Source of the DNA: a virus
Taxonomy: Duplodnaviria; Caudoviricetes
Virus record (IMG/VR): IMGVR_UViG_3300035498_000654
Location: 18,703 to 82,702 of that record
Length of the DNA: 64,000 bases
Reading direction: 5' to 3' (one strand)
Below are positions 21,388 to 32,126 of the stretch, one piece after another. The notes under the pieces were generated by a model. That model made no database searches. It was not told where the DNA came from and saw only the letters and a program-made list of their open reading frames with translations. The position numbers were made by a program, and so were the translations under genes. Position 1 is the stretch's first letter. Each line of letters starts with the position of its first letter.

Positions 21388-24153
21388 ATGAATAAACGAA
21401 CATCTTACAATATTCCTGCTGTACTTGTACATGAAATCAATGGTACAGAATATAGGGTAAATGGTAAAATTGTAGGCATTAATGAAGCTAAATCAACAGT
21501 ATCAATGACCTTTAAGGGTTATCGTGGTGTTGAGCATGATATTCCTATGTCAGCAGTTCTTATCAATGAAGGCATTATTGATTCTCTTAAAAATGCTGGT
21601 AAAAAAATTGTAACTGGAATTAAAACACTTATCAAGAAAGTTAAAGGTTTCCTATTACCTGCATCTGAAGATGGTGAAGTTGATTATAGCTTTTTAAATG
21701 CCCCTGTTAATGTAGCTATCATGGAAGATAAAGGTATGTTAGCAGATTCAGTTCATTTCTATGCAAATGATGCTATTATAGAAACTGCTGCTGATAATGG
21801 TATTGAACTTGATAATGACGTAGAACCTTTTGATTATACAGGTGCTGAAGAAGGTGCTGAATGCGAAAAATATTGGGCTCGTGTAATGAAAGAATTTGTG
21901 AAAAACGAATCTCTAAGTTATACAGTATCTGATGCTATTAAGGATGTTAATGAAAAATATTACAGAGTTAATAATCTTTATAAACAACAAGCATTGAATG
22001 AAGCCATGGGTGTTGTTAGCCTTGAAAATAGTGGTGGTCATAAGGATATGTATGGCTCAATGATTGGTACAAAATTACTTGTTAAAGAAGTAATAAAGAA
22101 TATTAAAGAACAAACTGAACGTACAATAGGTGCAGGCCCCGCACAAAAACCTATTATGATTTGGGGTGCTCCTGGTATTGGTAAAACAGTAATTCTTAAA
22201 GAGGTTGTTAATACATTTAAAGAGCAATATCGTAAGAATTTAATGCTTATTGAATTATCGTGTTCAGCTCTTCAAATTGATGACTGGGGTTTGCCTACTG
22301 TAGATGAACGTGAGGATCTTAAGAAAAAATATCATGAATTGAATATTGGAAATGCAAAAAGTATTCCTCAAACATGGTTACCCGTTTATGAAACAACTGG
22401 TGATCCTGATATTGACCAACGAACAGATAATATCTATAATTCAGGAGAATTTAGAAAGGGCGTATCTGGTGGTTTTGACGGTGGCGTTATATTCTTTGAT
22501 GAATATTCTCGTCTCCCAGCATCTTCTAAAAATGTTATGATGACATTGACGGGTTCATGCATGTATGGTGGTATGACGCTTGCAACTGGTTGGTCTATGA
22601 TATTTGCATCTAATAGATTCCAAGATGTATTACATTCAGAACAAGCTGAATTCGAATATGAATCTGCACAAACTGACCGTTTCCAGCCTTTCACATATGT
22701 ACCGACTCGCGGTGAATGGTTACGTTGGGCACGCATGCAAAATACAGTGACCGGTCGTCAAAATATTGATGAAATGTTCTGTCAATTTATTGAAACCCAA
22801 GGTGATAGCGTTTGGTATGGCGCATTAACAACTGGTGCATTTGAAAATATACTTGATAGCAATCAAAACAAAACAATTGAAGCATATAAAACAAATCCAA
22901 CACGTCAGGGATTTAACGATTTATTGGCTATTATTAATGACGAAAGTGAAGGTTCAGCTGGTGAAACTATTAGACAGTCACACTTAACGGTAACACCTCG
23001 TACATGGCAACGTGGTCTTAATGATTCATTATTCGATGAATTAAGACTTATGATATTTGATGGTCATCCTAAATTATATCAATCAATCTTTGATGAAAAA
23101 GGTAATCTTGATCCTGCTGCATTAAAGAAAGCACTTAATATGCTATCACCAAAAGAATGGCATCGTTGGGCAGAAGTATACACAGCAGATTCCCCTGAAG
23201 AAATGAACCGAGGTGCTATTTGTTATACTAATCAACTTGACAGATATGACAGATATGTATTCTTTAAAGATTGGTTGGAACAACATTTTAAAAATACATT
23301 TGGTGAAAAGGCTAAAGCAACAACTGCATGGCATGATTATAATGAATATGCAAAAGTGTTCACACCTAAAGAAATGACAAGTATTTGGGAAACTGGTGAT
23401 TTCAGCACTGAAGAATTGAGAAAAGAGAATAACAAGTATTTCTCAGATCCAGCACGATATATGCAAGAAACTACAAATTGCAAATGGAAAACCAGTGATG
23501 GTTTAATTTCGGAAATAATTGAACGTATTTTTGATAATTTCCCAGGTGGTATATAGGCAGCTGGTCAAATGGTTATTGAAGATAGAAAACGAATTGATGC
23601 AGCTCCCGATTATAAATTATCAGATTTTGATAAACTTGCTAAAAAATGGAATGACAAATATGCAGTTACAGTTAACAAGAAAAAGAATTATACATTAATT
23701 ACACCTTATGATCTTGCAAATGCTGATCAATCATTTAAAGAAAGGTGGTTAACTATGTTTAAAACCCTTGAATATTCTGAATTTGCTAAAATGCTATGTA
23801 ATGTTATTGCTTTCTTTGCAAAGGTTAGAATCCAAGCTAAAGTTGGCACAATTGACTTTAAAAAGTATATAACCGCCCAAGGCAATAACACATCAAATAA
23901 TTCGGAAGTAGTGTTTGGTCAATTTATTAATGCAGTCGCAAATTCTTCTGATGAAGCCGGAAAAGCAATCAGAAATGACAAATATTGTGATGAAGTAATT
24001 ACTAATTCTGGTTATGCAAATATGACACAAGAACAGCAACGTGAATTAAAATGGAAGCTTAATAGCACTTTGATTGCAACTCCTGCATGTTATATGTCTC
24101 ATAATTTGTCTCAATTAGATCTTAGAATTGCACAAGGTATTGAAGACGCGTAA
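21388..24153 (+). CDS. AAA+ ATPase (MoxR/AAA_5-like) with long N- and C-terminal extensions; TAG at 23554 joins two listed ORFs
   Basis: IWGAPGIGKT Walker A, IFFDEYSR Walker B, FASNR sensor, TPRTW; the junction ATA TAG GCA GCT GGT CAA ATG is in frame. Confidence 0.8.
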
Positions 24154-24233
24154 TATTATAAAAATGTTTTAATAGGATGGTTTTTAAAAATCATCCTATT
24201 AAAAACTTTTATTAAAAATTAATTATAATAATT

Positions 24234-25484
24234 ATGAATAATATAAGAAGATATAATAGATATTTTTTAAATGAAGCTGTTGAACGAACAATTGATAAAA
24301 AATTGTGGGCAAGCGTAAGTTCCGGTATTTCACGAACATATCGTCAAGATATGGGTGCATCTGCCAAACCTCTTGGAACCAGAGATCAACTTCTTCAGAA
24401 ATATATTGCTGCATTAGTTCAATTGAAACAACCTTGTCCATCAACAGTTGATGAACTTAGAAATTCACCAGCTTTTCCTCAATGGGGTAAATGGCTTGCT
24501 AATAATGGTGTTGCTATTGAAGAAGTACAACAATTATATAATGAAAACTGTGGTAAACTTCCTAAAGCAGTAATTGGTAATGGCTCAACAGCTCAACCAA
24601 CAAATAATAATTTGTTTGATAATAACGATGAAGAAGATGATGACGATGATCTTGGTTTTGCTCTTGGTATGACAGATGATGAATATCAAGAAATGAAACG
24701 GCAAAAAACAATGAATCGTCAACAAAGAACACAGCAACCAGTTGTTAATAATGTGCCTCAAACACAAGTTATTGATACAGATGATGATTTTGATGAAGAA
24801 GATGAAGATGATATTAATCAATCATCAAATTATCAAGACGATAATGACGAAGATTGGGGTGATGAAGACACAGATACTGATGATATTATAGAAAATGAAA
24901 TTGAAGATGATGACGATGATGTATTAAATGATATTGACGATGAAGAAGACGTTGATCCTGAAGAAGATGAAGAAGATACTGAAGATGATGAGGAAGACAT
25001 TGAGCCAAAATCATCAAAAATATCTTCACAATCAACAACATCTCGTAAAAATCTTGGTTCATTTACTAAGAAATCTTCAGAACTTAAATCTAAATTATTT
25101 GATGGTATCATTTATAGTAGAGATGATTTCTTCAAAGATCTTAATGGTTGTCAAGACCCAGATGATGCATTAACAGCTCTTACAGTAAATCAATTAGAGG
25201 CTGAAGGTATTAATAACAGTGATGAACTTGTAGATCTTAAAGCATTAATGAGAGAAACTTCTTTCTGCTTTGTTATGCGAGTTTATGGTGAAGCTGGTCC
25301 TATTATAGAAAATGGTGAAATTGTTGGACTTGAAGGCGATGTTATTTGGTCTAATAATCCAACAGATGAATCTTATTATGTAGTGGCTGGTGATAATCGT
25401 GTAGCAATATTCTTCAAGGATAATTCTGGTGATTTGTCAGAAGTATACGATGCAAGTTTTGAAGAATTCGGTTTTTCTGATTAA
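24234..25484 (+). CDS. Acidic hypothetical protein
   Basis: Clean ORF with D/E-rich linker and FLNEA motif; terminator downstream at ~25512-25541. Confidence 0.7.
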   Translation: MNNIRRYNRYFLNEAVERTIDKKLWASVSSGISRTYRQDMGASAKPLGTRDQLLQKYIAALVQLKQPCPSTVDELRNSPAFPQWGKWLANNGVAIEEVQQLYNENCGKLPKAVIGNGSTAQPTNNNLFDNNDEEDDDDDLGFALGMTDDEYQEMKRQKTMNRQQRTQQPVVNNVPQTQVIDTDDDFDEEDEDDINQSSNYQDDNDEDWGDEDTDTDDIIENEIEDDDDDVLNDIDDEEDVDPEEDEEDTEDDEEDIEPKSSKISSQSTTSRKNLGSFTKKSSELKSKLFDGIIYSRDDFFKDLNGCQDPDDALTALTVNQLEAEGINNSDELVDLKALMRETSFCFVMRVYGEAGPIIENGEIVGLEGDVIWSNNPTDESYYVVAGDNRVAIFFKDNSGDLSEVYDASFEEFGFSD

Positions 25485-25587
25485 ATATTAATAATTTAAA
25501 TATTCTATATAAAATCTCAATGATTAACTTCATTGAGATTTTTCTTTATAAATAATAAAATATGTTTTATATTAAAAATTTAAAGAA

Positions 25588-25923
25588 ATGAAACAAGTAT
25601 ATAGAAATAATGTAATAACAACTACTATAGATTCATCTGTTGCTGAATATCTATCAGATGGTAATTGGAAACCAGATAATGAATTTCATCCTAATATGGT
25701 TAATGTACCAGATGAAGAAGATATGAAAAAAATACATCCTTGTCCATATGCTCGTATAACAGAATTAGATGTTGATGTTGATAAATTAGCTGCTGTATTA
25801 GCATATGGTTATAATCAACCTGTATCTGGAATAGCTGGCGCAGATGGTTCTGTTGAGCGTGTTACTTGTGACTTATATAAAGAAATGGGAATTTCAAAAG
25901 ACTCAGAAGACTCAGCAGAATAA
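25588..25923 (+). CDS. Hypothetical protein
   Basis: ORF with TATAAATA at 25547 and terminator at ~25963-25993. Confidence 0.65.
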   Translation: MKQVYRNNVITTTIDSSVAEYLSDGNWKPDNEFHPNMVNVPDEEDMKKIHPCPYARITELDVDVDKLAAVLAYGYNQPVSGIAGADGSVERVTCDLYKEMGISKDSEDSAE

Positions 25924-26014
25924 TTTAATAATTTACATTATTTCAATTTATATATAAAAACAATGGTTGATCTATTCACATAGACCAACCATTTTAAATA
26001 TTATTATGATTCAA

Positions 26015-27964
26015 TTACTTAAATAAATCAATTAATATATTGCCTTCAATTTTACGAAGGTCTACTGTATTTTCTTCTGTATGTTCTTCATCAAAATCTG
26101 TTACAATATCATATCCAGCATGTGTTAATACATAATCTAACATAAGATACCCTGTTAATTTATTAACATATGCTTCAATCTGTTCAGATGAATAATCAGA
26201 TACTCGTTTATCACTTGCTGATAAATCAACAAAATATATTTTATTATTATATATTAAACCAACAATTTGCTCTTTCTTTGCTGATATAATAGGAACACGA
26301 ACTGCAATAGAATCGGGATTAACCATATAATTTTCATGGAAGTTATTAATAATCTCATTTCCATAAAAAATTTCTGCCTTGGAGCCTACAGTACCATTAT
26401 ATCGATTTAATTTAATTAATCCATTAGGTACATTTTTCTTTGCATAGAACATTTCAACAGCTTCAGGATCGGCATCTGTCATATCGCCTGAGAATAATAA
26501 TGAATATTCATCTTCTTCCTTTTTTGTATAACGATATGATCCATTCCAGCCAAATTTACATGAAGCAGAAATATATGACAAATCAAAATCATAAGTACCC
26601 CATTCATTTCTCCAGTATACACCAAAGAAGTTATCTTCAGTCATTTCAAAATAAGACCCATAAGGAATATTTCCAAACATCATCTTATTTGAAATAGGAC
26701 ATGCTAATCTAACTTTTGAAGGTAGAATAACGGCAGTCTTATTATTCTTAATACGGTTATCACTTACAATATTAACAATACGATTGAAAATCATATCACG
26801 AATATCTGCCATCCAATCATAACGTTCGTTTGGTAATGTCTTATATGTTGAGGACTTTTCAAATACTTTACCATTACGGATGATATATGTATTTTGTATA
26901 TCAGATCCTTCTTTTAAAGTTTCATGTTCAACACATTTTGTATTCAAAATGTTATAAGCACGACAAAGCTTGAATGTATTTGTTTCCTTATTAAGAATAC
27001 GATTAATTGTATTCTTATCATACTTCTTATAAGTCTCTTCAGTTGTCAAAGATTCAAAGAATCCTGCAACCATAGGTTTATGCAAAGTCTTTGCTTTACG
27101 ACGGACTAAATTAACAAATTTACGAGCATCACTACCTGATTTACGATATGACAAGAACAGAGGTTTAAAACGATAAAAGATTTCAGCAAAATCGTTTACC
27201 ATTTTAGCATATGAATACTCAGGAAAATTATTTACAAAATCCATAGGTGTATCCATACAAATACTGGGGAAAGCCATAGCATTAATTGTATCTTTATCCT
27301 TAATAAGGAGTGTCTTACCAGTCACAGCATATACAAAAGTACGGAACTTTTCTACAGTTGATACGGGAAGTACATGATTAAACATAGATACTTCAGTTGC
27401 GACTTCCTTATTGGTAATAGCATCAACACTGCCATGTAAATATCCTTTTTCATATCCAAGTTTGATGAATTGTTTCAAAAGCCATATCATCTTATCTGAA
27501 CATGCAATACCAGAGCATGCATAATCATAAAGGATATTACAGAATTCTTCCATAGTAACAGCCTTGATAACCTTCAAATTGGTTGTATCCAATTTCAAAG
27601 GATTATCATTGGGTACATATGTATCTACTTCATCAGAATAATTTGTACCATAAGTTGTTAAATAATGCAGAATTTGATCATAAAGCAATTCTATATCGGT
27701 CTTCTCAATCAAATCTTTCCATGACTTATAAAATGTTGCATTATAATTAATATCAAGATCAATTATAAAATCTGCAACAGGTTGATTAATACAACGGGTG
27801 TCAATTGCATAACCTGCTTTATATGCTATCAAAGCATAATCAATAGCTGAACCACCAACCAATTCTACTTGATTAGGTTCAATAGGCAGAACACAAAAAG
27901 TGTCCATTGCTAAACGATACAATTCTGATTGTAGGTATCCACCACAAGTTGCTATATCACTCAT
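26015..27964 (-). CDS. Hypothetical protein with TerD-like C-terminal domain
   Basis: GVYWRNEWGTYDFDLS..GWNG.Y..LLFSGDMTDA..AVEMF resembles the TerD-family D.DLS/SGD motifs; host-type promoter upstream. Confidence 0.5.
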   Translation of the reverse strand: MSDIATCGGYLQSELYRLAMDTFCVLPIEPNQVELVGGSAIDYALIAYKAGYAIDTRCINQPVADFIIDLDINYNATFYKSWKDLIEKTDIELLYDQILHYLTTYGTNYSDEVDTYVPNDNPLKLDTTNLKVIKAVTMEEFCNILYDYACSGIACSDKMIWLLKQFIKLGYEKGYLHGSVDAITNKEVATEVSMFNHVLPVSTVEKFRTFVYAVTGKTLLIKDKDTINAMAFPSICMDTPMDFVNNFPEYSYAKMVNDFAEIFYRFKPLFLSYRKSGSDARKFVNLVRRKAKTLHKPMVAGFFESLTTEETYKKYDKNTINRILNKETNTFKLCRAYNILNTKCVEHETLKEGSDIQNTYIIRNGKVFEKSSTYKTLPNERYDWMADIRDMIFNRIVNIVSDNRIKNNKTAVILPSKVRLACPISNKMMFGNIPYGSYFEMTEDNFFGVYWRNEWGTYDFDLSYISASCKFGWNGSYRYTKKEEDEYSLLFSGDMTDADPEAVEMFYAKKNVPNGLIKLNRYNGTVGSKAEIFYGNEIINNFHENYMVNPDSIAVRVPIISAKKEQIVGLIYNNKIYFVDLSASDKRVSDYSSEQIEAYVNKLTGYLMLDYVLTHAGYDIVTDFDEEHTEENTVDLRKIEGNILIDLFK

Positions 27965-28002
27965 AATTTTTGTTGTTTTTAAATTCGTTTTTAATTATAT
28001 TG

Positions 28003-28024
28003 CAAAGATAAGTAAAATATTTGA
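28003..28024 (-). promoter_or_regulatory. Bacteroidota sigma-A-type promoter TCAAATA-N7-TAnnTTTG
   Basis: The same spacing occurs at 35186-35207(-), 38530-38551(-), 40579-40600(-), 54483-54504(+) and 61265-61286(+), with a variant at 41734-41755(+); TAnnTTTG is the known Bacteroidota -7 element. Confidence 0.7.
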
Positions 28025-28060
28025 TATATAAAAATATTTAGATATTTTTAATTATAAATG

Positions 28061-28513
28061 TTAAAATAATGGTATTGTCTTTATATACTTTTGAGGAGCC
28101 CAATTTTCATAATCCCATGTAAAAGTATCTGTACAAACAATATTATTATTTAAAATTTTTAAAACTATATCTTTTGATATATCCCAATTTTTTGATATTG
28201 CAATTTCATTAATATCTGATAATATTTTTTCTTTACATTCTTTTGTATTATCATCCATTAATTCAGTCCCATATAATGTTTCAATTGCTTTATATATATC
28301 TTCTGCAGAATTACAATATTCAAACCGTTTTTGAAGAATATATCTAAGTATATTTCCAATTCCACATGCTATATCACAGAAAGTTTTTGAAAAATCAGAA
28401 AATAATTCTGAATATTCATCGCACATTATTTGACATATTGAAACAGGTGTAAAATCTTCTTGTGTTATATGGTGTCTTTTTTTTCTTATTTCTGATTGAT
28501 CCTCTATTAGCAT
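28061..28513 (-). CDS. Small N6-adenine methyltransferase-like protein (SAM-binding half)
   Basis: QEDFTPVSI and FCDIACGIGNIL (motifs X/I), GTELMDDN; no NPPY motif. Confidence 0.65.
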   Translation of the reverse strand: MLIEDQSEIRKKRHHITQEDFTPVSICQIMCDEYSELFSDFSKTFCDIACGIGNILRYILQKRFEYCNSAEDIYKAIETLYGTELMDDNTKECKEKILSDINEIAISKNWDISKDIVLKILNNNIVCTDTFTWDYENWAPQKYIKTIPLF

Positions 28514-28550
28514 ATTAAAAGATTTTCTTATATATTTTATAAGATTTAAT

Positions 28551-31500
28551 TTATAGATTGTCTATATAATCTTTAACCTCATCATCTGTTATTTCAGATG
28601 ATGGTCCATCATACATTCGTTTAGCAAATACAGATTCAATACTATATTTTTTACAAGTTTTTTCAATTAATGAAATTTCATCATCTGTGAATTTAAACAA
28701 TTTATATATTTCTTCAGTTGTATATTTTTTATCAACTAACCATGGTATAAATGGCAATACATTATTGTTTTGGTCAATAGTTAATACATAAGATAAAAAT
28801 ATTGGTAAATTTGTATTATAAACTAAATGTTTATAATTTTCCAATTCTTCTTTTGTTCCTTGTATCAAATATTTTATTTCATCGCCATTTTTATTTTTAG
28901 GTAATTCATCTAAAACATCGCTATACCCGCATAATCGATAATAATATTTAGAAAATAATTCATCAAATCTATTACCATGTGATCGAGCTGTAATAAGTGG
29001 AACACCAATAAAATTATATTGTAAGTATTTTTGATCATTTAATATTATATTATCTTTTTTATATAAATGATCAGATACCATATCTTTATATGAAAGTAAT
29101 TTATTTAATATACTCCAAATTGTATTATATTCACCTATTAGATTACAATCATATACAGAATTAACTTTTTGTTTATAACCACAGATACTATAATCTATGG
29201 TATCATATTCTTTAGATAAATCAATATTGGTTATTGATAATCCAGCAAATATCCTTATATTAAATTCCTTAGTATAATTATCAACAATTATTTTAGATAC
29301 ATGATTTTTTATTCTATTTTTAAGAGGCTCATATATAGTCTTTGCATTACCATTCTTTCTAATATTAACTAACCATGTTGCAGGTTCTATAATAATCATT
29401 TTGCCATTTTTATTTAATAAATCTAATCCTTTATTAAAGAAATCTATATGTAAAGTTCCACTATATGGTGGATTTTGTACTATATAATCAAATTTGGGCA
29501 TATTATCTATATATTCGATGTTTTTATTTTTTACTTGACAACTATATATGTTTTTAATATTACATATTTTTGTGATTATTCTTTTAGTTATATCACTTGT
29601 TGTGCATGCATATATTATATTATTCAATATATAGTTGTTTCGTTCTTTTCTGTCTAAAATATCATTAGACAAGCCATCCATAAATTTATCTATAAGAATA
29701 TTAATGATGTAATCATTTTCAATAGTTAAATCACAGATTTTTATATTTTTATTTTTAAATATTGATGAATCAATATCATTTATAATATTATCACAAATAC
29801 TTTGAGGAATTGCTCTGTAATTAAAAAGGTTCCATCTTTTATATGTTGCATATTTTGTATTCGCATCCATATTAGATACCTTATTTAATTCTTCCCATAA
29901 TTGAGAAATAGAATAATTAAATTCATCTTCCTTTATAATATGTTTATCAATGATTATTTTAAATACTTGGTAATTTGTTATGCCTGTTGACCTTTCAAAA
30001 ATTAATTGATTATTATCTATATTATCCTCTAATGTTTTAATTATATCAGAAGTATTTTGACAGTTATATATTACAATATATCTGGAAATATAATGCATAT
30101 GATTTTTAACAAGTGCTACTAATTCTGATATTGAATACTTCTTATTATTTTTATTATCAGGTTTATTAAATTGGGTATTATCAGAATTTACTGATATTAC
30201 AGATACTCTATTTTTTGCGCCTGATATACCATTATCATTAACTGATACGCTTTTAGGATCTTTATTCAATATTTTTCCATTAAAAGATTTATCAAGACAT
30301 GATGTAATATCTTTTATTTCTGATTGTGTAATATTAATATTATGGTACAAATTATATAAAGAAGAATCACAAAATTTAGAAGCACCAATTTTATCATTCT
30401 TAAAGTATGCATTTTCAATATCTCGATAATTAACTTCAACAAATTGCTGGTCTGATAATTGATCATCCCACCTAATAATTGGTGCTGCTTTTAACCATTC
30501 TTTAATAATAACTTCTTTATCAATATTTTTATATGATTTTTTACATTTTGATAATTGTGAAATAAATCCATAATTAAGTGATAACATTCGTTCTGGATTA
30601 TAATCAAATACATAAAAATCTTCTTTGCCTTCAGCTGGTGATTGCCCTCTAAACATTGCTTGAAAATAACGTTCAGGAGATGCACCATCTTGTAACATAA
30701 TAACAGTATTCCATTCAGAAATTGTTACACCTTCAATAAATCTACCACATGAAAAAGTTATTGTCTTTATGCCTTTATTATCATTTCTTTTAATTATTTC
30801 TTTTAGTTTATCTACATTTACAATATCATTACTACCATCAATAGCATGTATATTTTTATATGTATCATTAATAAACTTAACAATTGCTTTAACAGAATCT
30901 TTATAATCCATTAAAGCCAATCCATGTTTAAATTCGCCATTATTTGTATTATTAAGTTTATCTATAATGAATTTAATTGTTTGTTTTGAAATATCACCAT
31001 ATTTAAAATCACCATTTGCATCAGCTTGAAATAATTTTTTCATATTAGGATAATCAACCATTTCAATATTCTTATGATAATAATCAATAAGTTTACTATC
31101 CATTTTTATGGCGTATTGTCTCAATTTAGGCATTTTATAATCTTCTGCATCTTGTTCATCCAGATATGTATATGTAAAAAGATTATTATCTTTAAATTCA
31201 TTTATTTGTTTAAATGGTGTGCCTGAAATATATAAAATCTTAGAGCATTTAAGTGTATTACAAATGCTATTAAAATTCTCAGTTGTTGTACCATAATGGC
31301 ATTCATCGGTAACAATTAAATCCCATTTATATGATGCTAATGTCTTTAAATTTTTCTTAAATAGTTTATTTGTAGTATTGTTATCTTTTTCAAAATCATT
31401 AGTCTCATCATTATAACGATAGCCAGCCATTTGAACTGAGCATGTTACAATATTAACATTATTATCAGATAATGTTAATTTATCTTTATTATCAGAAAAT

Positions 31501-32120
31501 GAAATATATTTAAAATCAGTAAAATCTACATGATTCTCAATATCATCTTTTAATGAATTGAATACACCAGGACGATATGTTAATAATAAAACATTTTTAT
31601 ATCCAAGTGTTTTAACCGCTTGTAAAAATGTAAAATTCTTTCCGAATCTCATTTTTGCTGCTAATAAAAATTCACCATTATTATTTTTAAAATATTCAAC
31701 AATTTTATCATGAGCAGCTTGTTGAGGTTTACGCATTTTATATGCATTTAATCTACGGCTACCATATAAAAATTCATGCAGTAATGCTTTCGGAATATCT
31801 GGATTTTCAAATTCAAACCATTCACGATCTGCATCTTCTCTATACTTTAAATAACCTTTATTATGTTCCAAAAAATCATGGAATTTCTTATCAACGTGTT
31901 CAACATCTGTCATAAAATCATCAGGAACACTTTCACACCAAACTAATACATTTGGCTCAGAATTAGATTCTTTATCCTGTTGTTTTATACGAATCAAAGC
32001 CGAATCTTTCATAGATTCAGCTTCTATACCAGTATCGCCAATCTTATAAATTGGATTTTTTCCTAATTGTGTACGATAACTATTTAATTCTTTATGCTGA
32101 TAACAATATATGGTTCTCAT
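28551..32120 (-). CDS. Restriction-modification-like fusion: T5orf172/GIY-YIG-like nuclease, SF2 (ResIII) helicase, Eco57I-type methyltransferase
   Basis: IYKIGDT..REWFEF; LAAKMRFGKN, TDECHYG, ISGTPF, QAMFRGQS; VQNPPY, IIEPATWL. Confidence 0.75.
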   Translation of the reverse strand: MRTIYCYQHKELNSYRTQLGKNPIYKIGDTGIEAESMKDSALIRIKQQDKESNSEPNVLVWCESVPDDFMTDVEHVDKKFHDFLEHNKGYLKYREDADREWFEFENPDIPKALLHEFLYGSRRLNAYKMRKPQQAAHDKIVEYFKNNNGEFLLAAKMRFGKNFTFLQAVKTLGYKNVLLLTYRPGVFNSLKDDIENHVDFTDFKYISFSDNKDKLTLSDNNVNIVTCSVQMAGYRYNDETNDFEKDNNTTNKLFKKNLKTLASYKWDLIVTDECHYGTTTENFNSICNTLKCSKILYISGTPFKQINEFKDNNLFTYTYLDEQDAEDYKMPKLRQYAIKMDSKLIDYYHKNIEMVDYPNMKKLFQADANGDFKYGDISKQTIKFIIDKLNNTNNGEFKHGLALMDYKDSVKAIVKFINDTYKNIHAIDGSNDIVNVDKLKEIIKRNDNKGIKTITFSCGRFIEGVTISEWNTVIMLQDGASPERYFQAMFRGQSPAEGKEDFYVFDYNPERMLSLNYGFISQLSKCKKSYKNIDKEVIIKEWLKAAPIIRWDDQLSDQQFVEVNYRDIENAYFKNDKIGASKFCDSSLYNLYHNINITQSEIKDITSCLDKSFNGKILNKDPKSVSVNDNGISGAKNRVSVISVNSDNTQFNKPDNKNNKKYSISELVALVKNHMHYISRYIVIYNCQNTSDIIKTLEDNIDNNQLIFERSTGITNYQVFKIIIDKHIIKEDEFNYSISQLWEELNKVSNMDANTKYATYKRWNLFNYRAIPQSICDNIINDIDSSIFKNKNIKICDLTIENDYIINILIDKFMDGLSNDILDRKERNNYILNNIIYACTTSDITKRIITKICNIKNIYSCQVKNKNIEYIDNMPKFDYIVQNPPYSGTLHIDFFNKGLDLLNKNGKMIIIEPATWLVNIRKNGNAKTIYEPLKNRIKNHVSKIIVDNYTKEFNIRIFAGLSITNIDLSKEYDTIDYSICGYKQKVNSVYDCNLIGEYNTIWSILNKLLSYKDMVSDHLYKKDNIILNDQKYLQYNFIGVPLITARSHGNRFDELFSKYYYRLCGYSDVLDELPKNKNGDEIKYLIQGTKEELENYKHLVYNTNLPIFLSYVLTIDQNNNVLPFIPWLVDKKYTTEEIYKLFKFTDDEISLIEKTCKKYSIESVFAKRMYDGPSSEITDDEVKDYIDNL

Positions 32121-32126
32121 AGTATA

